Shown piece after piece: positions 31,603 through 43,255 of a stretch of DNA of 64,000 nucleotides. Below the pieces are notes generated by a model. It worked only from the letters and a program-made list of their open reading frames with translations. It was not told the DNA's origin and ran no database searches. The DNA is taken from contig CM082578.2 in NCBI GenBank assembly GCA_040954595.2, forward strand, positions 12,896,520 to 12,960,519, written 5' to 3'. The translations under genes and the position numbers were made by a program. Each line of letters begins with the position of its first letter. The first letter of the stretch is position 1. Origin of the DNA: Balanoglossus misakiensis (lineage: Eukaryota; Animalia; Hemichordata).

Positions 31603-31853
31603 TTAAAGGGACAATCAGCAGCTGTATCTTTTGATGGTATTTCTGTTCACTGTTTTGGTCTGTGCTAGACTTACAGTTTCTTGTTTACTTGCTAAAGCAT
31701 GTATCAATGCCAAGTATTGAGCTTGTCAACAATATACAAGTAGGTGTAAAGTGCATTGTTGAGTAATTGTTGACATTTGAATTTTAGCATGTATCGGTAC
31801 ATAAAGGACAAGAGTAATTCAACATGTTATAGGGAGTAGAACAAACTGAAGTC
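31603..31853. mobile_element. Degenerate foldback / non-autonomous DNA element
   Basis: Begins TTAAAGGG; nested inverted segments 31668-31690 vs 31834-31853 and TGTCAACAAT (31724-31733) vs ATTGTTGACA (31766-31775). Confidence 0.4.
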
Positions 31854-34800
31854 ACTACACAGAAGCAGTGTATATGTACTAGCTAGTGGAGATGGTGTGG
31901 TGCAAATGTAAAGGACACTAATTGTAAACTGGATTGATTCTGTCCATCGTGATTGGTTGAATCTGAGATACTGACCAGACTATGGCCTCCCACAGAAACC
32001 AGATAAAAGACTTTATTATGTTATTGCTAGAACTGAAATTACCACATAGTGCTGGCAGTTGATAAGAGGGACTTTCCACCAAGAAGCATTATTTATGTGG
32101 GAAATGGTGCCAAGTATGTGAGTCGACTGGCGACAGACACAAAACAGCCTCATATGGAGAATGTTGGAACACCAGGGGGCTCCATACAAGTCGTACGTGA
32201 GTGACTAGTGACCAGTTGCTGTGATTGTTGGTGGAAATACTAGTATCTCTTTCCAGCAAACAAACAAGTTTCCCTTCCCTGTCTGTGTTGTAAAGTCGAG
32301 CGTACTTAAATGTGCTAATTTGCGGCCTAAGTGGGCCGGTGGTGAGAGAGTCGGGGAGGAATGATGTAGCCAAGTTGTCTAACAGGCCCCGTGATATTAA
32401 ATGAGTCAACACTCCACAGTGAAGGCTTCACTTGTGACTCCTAATTGATGATGCGAAGGTGACGAGAGTTGCCTGTGCAGGGGCTGACCTCTGTTCCACT
32501 TTCTTGATAAATGCCCCTGATATACTCTGACAGTGTCGGCACTCTCCTTGTTAGCAGAGATTGGAAGATGTTAATCTGCCGGTTGCCACTTTCTGAGATC
32601 GGCCTGAAATGCCAGCTATGTGTCCCCCGTGTCAGTGGGGTGTCCCTGTTCGTTGGCAGAGTTCAATGTTATCCATCCCATATTGCCAAAGCACTTTTCT
32701 GGGTGACGTACGTATACGCCTGTAGATGTTGCTGTTTACAAGTCGGGATCTGTGTCCAGCCACGTCAAGTGACATCTGAGTGTATCTGCATGGGGTGATT
32801 TGTATAAAAACTCTCGATGTCAGATACCAGATCAATGTTACATGCAGAAGAAAGACTGCCTGTATATTAATAATGGAAATACATGTAATACTGAATATAA
32901 AAAGTACAATTATATTTTTGACCAGATCAATTGTGCTTGTATCCTGTTGGAACATCCACAGGAACTTTTTTGTTTGGAAACTTCGATCAACGTTGCTGTA
33001 AGCATATTTGTCAACAGATCAATACCAGATGTCCTGCTGTAAGATAATCAATAGATCAATTCGACATCCTGCGAATTCATCACTGGATCAATGATAATGC
33101 CCCATGGAAAGAGTATATGCATAAATTAAAGCCCTGTCCCCCACAAAGCATATTTGTTGTGTCATATGTCATGAGCGTATTCCTTGTACGTCATTGGCAG
33201 TGTCATTATCAGGATAGGAATTGATATGTAGCTGATGAGTGGTGTGTGTGGCTATATTAGATGGTTTTCTCAGTAACAATTCTCCATCAAGGTTGTTTTG
33301 GGCATGCTGACCCAAAAACCTGCATGAAAAAAATAATTTATTGGCAATGGTTTGTTTATGGGGAGACACATCTGTGGCACATATGAGGGGGCTAAAGTGC
33401 TTGACCTGCCAAACCAGGTCAGCAGAGGCTGAACTTGACATTCACCCTGGTGGTGTGTTTTAGAATGTTTACTTTGCCCTTGTCCCAGAGGGGATTAGAG
33501 TGGACGTGCAGTGTCAGACTTATATGTGACATATTGTTCCTCACAAGTGAGTATAGTGATTTTCTTTGAGTGGCAGCAATGCCAAACATTTCATAATTGC
33601 TCTAGCCTGCCTGAAACTGGGATGATTATCCCAGTCCGTATTCCTGCTTTGTTGGACTGTGACCTTACAAATTTAGCCAAATAGTAACCTACACAAGTCG
33701 AAATCTAGCCAATATGACATGGGGATCGAGTCGCCAAGCAAAAAAAAAAGCGCCACCGCATGGTCATTCAGACACACCCCTTTATATGTAAATTAGAGAT
33801 GAATGTACATGTTTACCGTCATGTACCTTTAAACTGTATCTTTGTATCTGAAATGTAAATAAGAGAAATCACAGAGAGAGTGACAAGGAGAGCAATGACC
33901 CCCACAACACGCATGTATTTATTAGCAAGACAGTAGAGGTCACTCCAGAATGGCATTGCTATGTACTCTTCATGCCGCCTTCTACATTTTCACATTCTTG
34001 ACGGTGTTTGTGGTATTTCTCGCCTATACATAATATTTCATGTCTCAGGGAATCCGTATCACTGCCCAGAAGCAGTCTGCCTTTTAAGAGCATCACACAA
34101 TTTATACAGCATGATTATTATAGAGTGTCTGTTATTGATTATTTTTTGCACACTGATACGAGACATCTACCAGATTACACGGATAATTTGGTCTAAAAAG
34201 ACACTGGTTTTGAATCGAATTCTCGGTTTCGTGTCCCGTCATCAGATTCGTTTGCTTGTTTCTCATATCTCGTGAAATTCAATCAGGCAAACGATGTCTG
34301 CCATTTCTAATGCATTTTTGTAATAAAAATAAATGGACCAACCATCCATACAGCAGTCAAAATGAAATCAGAGTGGAAAAAGATTTTTAAAATGTTATAA
34401 TCATTAAATTGTACTACTGATAAATGCCTGTGATGAAATAATCAAAGTAAGTAAAAGTAATGACATAAATACAAGTTCTTTTTTTTTCTGGAATATTTGC
34501 CAAGGTTTCCATGTTAACTCAGGGTATCATATAAGCATCTCAACGTATATATTTATTTGAGATATCATCTTCAATAAATCTGAATGTAGCAACTGTTTGG
34601 ATCAATTTGCTTATTGCGGGCATGGGTTTGGTCATGGAGAGCTCTGGTTTACCCATCTGCGGGAGCTTTAAGTGCCAATATTGGCTTTAGTGTGAATGTA
34701 ATCTAAGCAGTATTTGTTTAGTAATTCAAAGAACCACAGGTATTTTTGAAGATCAGTCATGTCAGAAAGTCCGGCCGAGCAAAAGTGATTTGCTTTACGT

Positions 34801-35466
34801 GTGTTTTACCAGAAATATGAGAGGGATTTAAAGGCTTTGGAGCATAACACATCTGTTGGCGGCTGTCTCATCGGAAATTCAGATGACGACAATATTGCCA
34901 CGTACTTCTACAAGAAGGCTGCCCTCTATCAGCTGAACTTTGCTCTTGTACTCATTTGCATGCTGTATGCACAGCCACAAAGGAAGATGTGATTTGTCGG
35001 TCATTGCATGCTTCAGTTGACTCTGGAGAACATGATTATTCTGATTTTCAGTGCTCTCATGGAGACTGACAGGACGATATTGTGATGCGTTTTCAATCAA
35101 GTGATTCTTTGGAAGAAATGACACGCGCATTGAAATTTGTTTTTTCTTCGTGTGCATTGTGTGGAACGTGACATCAAAGCCATCAGCGTTGTAATGAACT
35201 CCATTGAACGTTGTATGTTTGACTGCGCAAAGATGGAATTAACAGGGCATATTCACTCCGCACTACACAAATAATCATTTCCTAATTTCTTGAAACCCTT
35301 GTTTCTGATCAGTACGTTGCAATAACCTCAGTCGTTGAGGTGTGTTTAATGTTTGCTTCAACAGGTGGAAATATATTTAGAAGACAGAAACTGATGAAAT
35401 TTCCATCTTATTTTTCCTGAGCCGTAAAATAATCTGTTTTTTCTTCTCTCGGTTTTTGTGTTGCAG

Positions 35467-35568
35467 CAAGCCTTCAACGCTACGGCAGTTGTACGTCACA
35501 TGCGAAAACTGGGCTTACACGGCAGCTCTATGGATCGAAACAACGCCAACGGTGGTTGTTCAAATTGA
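35467..35568 (+). CDS. CAMK1: CaMKI last coding exon (rest of CaM-binding helix) with stop
   Basis: Long pyrimidine tract and ttgcag acceptor; QAFNATAVVRHMRKLGLHGSSMDRNNANGGCSN*, which completes the classic KW(R/K)QAFNATAVVRHMRKL CaM-binding sequence; followed by a U/A-rich 3'UTR-like tract. Confidence 0.95.
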   Translation, partial: QAFNATAVVRHMRKLGLHGSSMDRNNANGGCSN

Positions 35569-38500
35569 ACTCTGACCTCTGCGTCGACGACATCATCAAA
35601 CAACAAATACACCGGAGCAGCTTTCAATTTTACTTTTGTGGAGAATAAAGAAGTTTTGTAGTTTAACCAGATTTTTTTTTTAAAAAGATGGGTATTTGGT
35701 GGTTTAGGTTCTACTACAATAAGAAAAAAAAATATTTTCTTATAAGTGTTTAAAATTAGTCAGTGGGTTCATCTGATTCAGATTTTACTTACAGAGCGGC
35801 AAAGTTTTGTGCCAAGTCTGAAAACCAACTCCTTTGAATATTTAATTGAGAAGCTTTAGATTTCCCATGATGCACTGGTGAATGCAGGTTCATGTTTTAC
35901 TCGTAAGTTGGAAAGTTCATAAATGGGTTCGTAATCGTGTATTGAAGTAATAAGCCAAGATCTCATGTTACTCAGTAAATTCATGTAAATCTTTGAGGAT
36001 AGTGCGGGCTCTTCGTGTTCTCACTCTTAAATGGCATATTGAAACTTTTCTGAGTGATGTGAGATCTTGACTTGGTACTTCCTTCGAAGAAATTCTTGAT
36101 AGATAAATAAAAAGACAGGATCATGTTCAGGCACAGTCAGTGTAGTGAAGGTACCCATATTTCATTTACATATTGGATAGCTGAGGTGAAAAATCCATTT
36201 ATTGTTTTGTTTCCTTTTTGAACTGCAAGAGCAATCAAAATTTTAAGGGCATGTGGACAGATATTGTATAATGTGTCTTCACGGTCAAGAAGAAAATTGC
36301 GAAGTTACACCTCCTTGATAGACCATGGAATGTAGACAGGTTAATTTTTTTTAAACAAGATTTTTATCTTTGAGAAATATGATTTCCTGGTTGATTAGCG
36401 AAAAAGAAAAAGAGAGAGGTTTTGCTTAGTGTTCTGATGATTCTCAATTTATTAGTAGTTTTTTTTGCTGTGGATGTTGAGAATTGTTTTTCCGCTTGGC
36501 AATTTTTTTTGCCAGATATGATTCCCTTGTTTAGTTGTGTAAGCGCACAATATATTTACAAAATATTTCATGAGGTCACTGCAGGTCAAGAACAAACAAG
36601 ACAAATCAATTTTAACTCTCAAAAAAAAAATTGGAAAAAATTATTTACTTGGTACGAAACATAACAATGAGAAAAAATCATGTTCACATTTTTGGAATAA
36701 TTAAATCATCAAAATTATTTGGAATGTGCTTTGGGATAAATGATTTCCAAGTTGAGATTTTCATAATTTTTTTTGTACCTGTGAAGACAGTGCAGGTACG
36801 TGTATGCTGTAACTTCAGTGTCAGCGATATGGTCAGAGTATATGAAATAGCACCTCACAATTTCACTCAGACAGTAAGAAAATGCAGAAAATAATCAAAA
36901 AAGAAGGATACTGAGACAATCACCTAGTATATGCTATTTCACCTCTTATGTTTACAACATGATAGAAAAAAATTAAACAACTCTGTCGTATTTATTGACG
37001 AAATTTTCATATGCACCAAGCACCTCTGCATTTCTTCTCACCTAAAATTAACCTCTAAATGATAAATATATTTAACAATAAAATACATATCGAATGTAAT
37101 GACTACCTTTGCATGGTTGCAGCAGATGACAAGAAATCGCTTACACTGCAGTGGCTGACCTGTAGACAAAAATAACACCGGGCTTTGGGATACAGCGCTA
37201 GACATGCCTTTTTGTGGCCACATCAAGGGAATGAATGCCGAGACAGAACAACAAGGCAGTGTAGACAGAGACTCTTGATTCAGGCTTTTTTGATTTGATG
37301 TATATTCTACTGTGTGTTTTACATTTGTATTATATTGAACTTGTGTAATTTCTTTGATGTTTGGAGAGATACGTAATACAGTTCTAGTGGTATGCCTTTT
37401 TTATGTTGGGTGTTGATTTTAACGGCCGAGGTATATCAGAGAGTAACGGTAACAAGCTGAGACTTGCATTGGAAACCGATTCTAGTTGTTGATTTTTTTC
37501 CTCACAAATTAATTGCATTTTGAAAGTGTGATTTTTTCCCACGAAAAAAAAAATCCTTAACTGCAGGGAGATATTCCATTAAGCGGGTAGTTAAAAGTCG
37601 AGCGGTTTTATCTAATTAACCAAGAGCACTTTTTATATCTGTAGTAGTGTCCTTTTTGGGGTGAAATTCTAGCCTTGTGATGTAAAATATTAGTGTGTGA
37701 GTGTGCAACCAAACATTAAACTAGAAAATAATGTGTAAATTATTTTATTATAATTATGAAAAAAATAATATTTATTGTGAAGTGCCTAGAGAAAATTTTC
37801 TAATCATAAGTAGTGTTGTTGTTTCCCTTTTTGCAGTGTGGGTTTCTAGACCTTTCCCCTCTGTAGCTGGCTTTTGTTGGATAATTTTTCAGTATAAAAG
37901 TAACACTCGGAACTTCACTTTGTCAATCAATTGTAAAAAATTTGAACAGGATTGTACAGTAATTGTAAAAAAGAAATCATGGTGTTTGATACAGTTATTT
38001 GGCCGATTTGGTTTGCTCAGTGAGGCAAATTCAGTAGGACTCGTATCTGCATTTTCAGTGGAAGTTATTGTCCTAGTGGATGAAAACCACTGCGCCGGTA
38101 AATTATTACAGGTTAAGGAGACTCTGAGAGACATGGTGTGCTTCGGGAATACTGAAGCTCGCCATTCAGAGTGAGGCTTCTAGTGTATTCAGCTTTGTGA
38201 CAAACCAGTGGATTGTACTAACTTTTTTTTCTAAAAGAAACGGTTCAATTTTGGCAGTAGAATAGTGTTAGTGTGGAATAATGCCTTCTCTACTTGCTAT
38301 AAAGGAAACTTGCTTTTAGGTAGCTCTTTGAAAAATCTGTATCATGCGGGCAGATATACCCCAAACTAAAAAAAAATGTGATTGCTCATAGCTCTGGCTG
38401 GCTGGCATTCAAATGGTAATTGGACCCTTTCAGGTGGGTATAACAGTAGCAAAGATGTTTTGCTTTAGGATTACAACAGATGAAGAGTTCATTCTGAGTC

Positions 38501-39221
38501 AAAATTTTACAAAATAAAAAATCCAGAGTGCTTTTTAGAACTGTACACAAAACTGGGGGTGTGAAAAGAGATTAGGGTACGTTGACTTTGTACACAGTGT
38601 TGTGATAAATAAACTTCTATCCAAAAAATAAAATGTATGAGTTTTGTTGTACATGTATATACTAAGGTTGCAGTGTTTGTATGCACATGTCCGCGTGCGT
38701 GCGTGCATGTGTGTGTGTCCACACATTTTCCATACTTGGAGCGAGGATGTCATTGGCACATGTACAGACCATAGAACAGTCTAATACACACCAATTTGAT
38801 TAAAATGAGATGATTGTAGAGTTAGGCCCTGGTGATAGTTATGTTATCTGTCCCTTTTAGGCTAATTATTCATCCAGAAGAAAAGTCTATTTCTGGCATC
38901 TTCACATCATTGATTTCTCTTTGAACAGCATCAAAACACTTGAGTTTAAGCCCCTTCAGGGCTTAATTTCAGAGAAGGCATATGTAATTTGACTCATGGG
39001 TAAAGAGCTTCTTGACCCCATGACCTTTGCTAGAAAAAAACTCATTATATCCATGGTTACGTTGCATTCTATTAAGGTCACAACATCAAGAAGCCCAACA
39101 CTGCTTTGTATATCCACATACAAATGGCTACAAACTTGAAAGAGATGATGTCATATATGCACAAAATGGCTTCTAAGGCTTTATTTTTTAAATATTTCAA
39201 GATTCCTTGATGATAGTAAAA

Positions 39222-39259
<38 letters not shown>

Positions 39260-39266
39260 CGATGAC

Positions 39267-39299
<33 letters not shown>
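39222..39299. repeat. (GAT)n microsatellite with two GAC interruptions
   Basis: About 26 trinucleotide units, directly visible. Confidence 0.95.
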
Positions 39300-41521
39300 A
39301 TTCCTTGAATTTGAAACCAGTCATAATCAATAGTGTCATCATTAGGTGTTGTCGTCATAGATGTTAATGTCTTTGTATAAAATGGATTAAAATTGAATAT
39401 AGTGTTTGTTCTCGCTTTATTGTCACTATTCTGCCTGCAAGACTGTCAAATGCAGATGTTTAAAATACAATAGCACCATTAAATCCTTTTGTGAAGATGA
39501 TTCAAAGGGGAAAGTCTGTCACATATAGTATTGGCAAATATGACGTGCATTATACAATGTACGTATGTTGTTTTCTATTGGTCATGTGATCTAAGATTAT
39601 GGTTTGCATCTCCCGTCTTGTTATGACTTTATTTTCTTATTGGTCGATTGCCTTCAGGGCGATATTAATATTTTAAAAGAATTCGGCATCCAACACACGT
39701 ATTAAACAGAAATATAATATGAATATACACCTACGGCTTTGTATGTTTTCACCAGTCAACAAATATGCGACTGATCTGACCTTGCAGGTTTTGAATAAAC
39801 CGATTATTTCGTATCAATTCTTGATGAAAAAGTCTGCATATTTTATCATTCATACATGGAGCAGGTTTTAGATAACAGCAGGTGTTCAGAGGTAATACAG
39901 TTAGCTGGTCATGTTATAAATAAGTCTTTGCATTTTGACTTATTTGATATAAATAATTGAAATATAATCTGCATCAGTGAAATGATTGTTTTCCAAGATT
40001 TGTCCTGAAAACACATTGCCTTCTGAAAGCATGCAAAGGATTTTTGTTGATTTTTATTGACTGAGAAAAACTATAAATTTTATTTGAAATTTCCTAATTT
40101 TAACAAGTTTTAAAAGGCAGTGGGTATTTGAGTGAAAGGAAACATCCCTATATAAACTGGACATTTTAACAGAGACAATATAACCACACATGATTTTTGT
40201 TGATTTTCTTGTTTTTATTGTCGGTCAAGATACCCAAAAGATGCCTGTCATAAGTGCCGTAGTACATGTAGTTTTAAGTATACTTTGTTTATAAACATGT
40301 CATAACATGCTTGTAGGCTTAGGCATGGGGAAAGTCTTCCAGACCAGGTCATTTTGTACTTGAAAAAGTACGAAGCCATTAGGATTTACTTTGCCAATAG
40401 CTCCAGTAGTGAATACAGCTGTGACAGGTGTCTCGTATCAGTCCTGTTTACTGTCTACACACATTGCGTCTGACACGGTGGGGTGACGTAGTCACATTAT
40501 TACAGCTGCTGTATGACTGTCTACTTTCTGTCACATGGGGGCAGTCTCTCAATACACTTGCACCATTTTTGACAGCAGTTGTGGATGTATCCTGCACAAT
40601 CAACCTCTAGCCACAAAGAACTTGATGTATCTGATCAGCTGAAAATTTCCTTCAAGCATAGTATACATATACATTTGAGAATATGTTTACCATAGATTAT
40701 GTCTTGCATGTGATGAATCTACGTTCGATCATCATGATATGTATTTTCAACAATAACAGAAAAGATGGAAAAGAATGATAGGATCCAAGGTATTGCACAA
40801 GTACCAGTTATGGTAATTCTGGGCAATATCTTTCTTGCAATTTAAATTAATAAAAGAAGAGTGATCTTTGACCAAATTTGGCATTGTAAATGGAAAAGGC
40901 TACTGGGTATGGCAAACAGAGCTGCCATATCACACCTTTAGAGAGCGCTAACACCCCCACACAAGCTCTTCTGTTGTCTTTCAAAAACTCCAGTTGTTAT
41001 TGCTGCTCCATCTCCACCCAGGTATATTGACAAGCTAACAGATTGTTTTAGTTTCAGTAAGGAAAACCGTACATCTGCAAACCTTCACAAGTTCCTCTGA
41101 CCAATGATATGCTGCAAAGTCAACCCATATGGACGTGAATGCAGAAACAGAATGCACACTAACGCAAGTGTCACAGTACTTCATTGTTTTTATTGATAAA
41201 ACTGAATAACATCAGCTAAATTTACTCAGAAATCAGCGGAAGGATGTCAACACAATGTTTCAAAAGCACTTGGTTGGAAATAATAATAACGAAGGCATTA
41301 GCCCAGCCAGAAACTTCTCCAGGAACTGATTGGTAGTTGAACTTTCCAATTTCCTACAAAACATTATCAAGCAAACAGAGCATCTAGATACGCACGCCTA
41401 GTATCAGAAGTACCACCACAGACAGCAGGCAAAGAGCTGAGGGTTGTGGCTGGCCTAATCCAGCTTTAGAGATATACACACACACAGTCTTATTTTACAA
41501 GTTGACACAAAGTCGATCATT

Positions 41522-42616
41522 TCAATCAAGCTCATCTTCTGCAGGCAGGATGACGTCATTGGGATCTATGTAGTTTGGATCAATCAACGGCAATCCAGCA
41601 CTTTCCCTCTCTGCTGCCACAAGGCTGGCCTCACGCTCTGCCCAAACTCTACCAGTCCTGTAATTACAAAATAATGTGTTGAGACAGAACCTTCATAATT
41701 AAATATGCACATGATCAATTTTGTTTCACATAATAAATTCAATTAAATGACTTTGAATGTGTATACTTGGTACTTACGTGTCTGGCATATAATGTGCAAA
41801 AAGTGTTCCAAATACAAGCGCAACAGAGACGGTGAAAAAGAAAGCTACTCTGTTTGCCATTGTGTCGTATGCTGGATCTGTATCTGACCAACCATGTGAC
41901 ACCCAATTCTTCAAGAAAAAAGAAAGAAAAGAATTAACTAATGTGCTGCTCAGAAAGTGTGTATATGCATAAATAAAGCAAAGGTGAACACAATTTAATA
42001 GTCAGTTTCATATGACCACACACAATATACAAATTACAATCACAAAACTTACAGGATCGTTCACATCATCTGTGGGTTCACGTTGTCCTTCTTTAAAAAT
42101 TTCTTCCACCCTGGTGAAACAGAATTAATTAGGGTACAATACATGGGTTAGAAAAAAAACTCAAACTTCAGGGGTTCTTTCAGGGTCATGACCTTTTAGC
42201 AGAGGTCAGAGCCATTCGTATCCCGTACTAGGTACTTTTTAAAACATCACAATACTCGCCATGTTCGGTTTTCGGGTAAAGCGTACACACATGCGTTACG
42301 GTGGCTTTGTAACCCTCTCCATCTACAGTTGCTAAATGCATATATCGCGAAAATACCAGATCGTATACGTGCAGTTCTCGATCTGTGTGATGAAGAAGAA
42401 CACGATCGCTATGGACATGCAGACCACATCCACACAGTTAGATGGAACTTACCGTGCAGGGTCTACATCTGTGGCTTTACCGACAACAAATTCCGATTTT
42501 TTAGATTCTGATGTAGAACTAAACACGACTGGTTGGTAAACAACTGGCCTTAAATGTCGTGCATTTCTGGAAATTTGAGGGACCAGCAGACGAGTTGCTC
42601 TGCAAAGGGCCGCCAT
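41522..42616 (-). CDS. NDUFB11: NADH dehydrogenase (ubiquinone) 1 beta subcomplex subunit 11 (ESSS), 162 aa
   Basis: Exons 42616-42453, 42110-42053, 41908-41778, 41657-41522, all GT-AG and in frame. Arg-rich mitochondrial presequence MAALCRATRLL; NWVSHGW; TM segment VAFFFTVSVALVFGTLFAHYMPD; WAEREA; GLPLIDPNYIDPNDVILP. AATAAA on the minus strand at 41189-41194. Confidence 0.93.
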
Positions 42617-43255
42617 TTTGAATCCCTTTCTTGACCTCGTAAGCTGCAACTATTGGCTACAGGGGTGGTGCTGTCCCTTCAGTAGGATATCGTGTTTGAC
42701 GAAAAGAGTTTGACTTATAAACTATGTATTTGCAAATCATACATATACTCCAGAGGCTAATGAGTATTAAACATTAGAGAAACCCGCGTACAGAAATGGT
42801 ATCTACACATTGACGTTGTCTCAAATTCAGAGAAACCCCTGAAAAAATCAAAGTGCCCAAATTAATTTCACGTTTAAAACGAGAGATCGCGAGAAGTGTG
42901 TAGTGGTGGCGCTACTATTGAACAGGTGAATGAAGTGAAATGCTTTCTTTCTTCATCAACAGTGCCAAAGTCCCCGCAACTACACGTATTCTGCAACACG
43001 GTTGCAAGATGAGATTATGCGTATCATTGATGGAGACGTAAACGCCAACGTGAGTTATCAAAAGATGATGAACTGTGTATGGTAGTCCGGATCCGATGCG
43101 GTTTCCCCAGCTCCATCCATCCATCCATCCATCCATCTATTGCACTGGTAAAATGGAATAGTGCTAGGTAATGTCTTCTGACATCCATGAATGAATGATT
43201 GGATGAGTAAGTTTGAACAACACTTGAATTTCAATTAACCAAGCATTAGAAAATC
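42617..43255. promoter_or_regulatory. Bidirectional promoter region NDUFB11/ATRIP
   Basis: Divergent ATGs about 640 bp apart; YY1 motif CAAAATGGCGGC spans the NDUFB11 ATG; CCAAT box (ATTGG) near 42652; CGCG-element-like GATCGCGAGA at 42885-42894; CpG-enriched. Confidence 0.75.
43112..43136. repeat. (CCAT)n microsatellite
   Basis: About six CCAT units upstream of the ATRIP ATG. Confidence 0.85.

Noticed and set aside
35551-35568. CaMKI C-terminal GGCSN as a CaaX prenylation signal like vertebrate CaMKI-gamma
   Set aside because: The Cys is third from the end, not fourth
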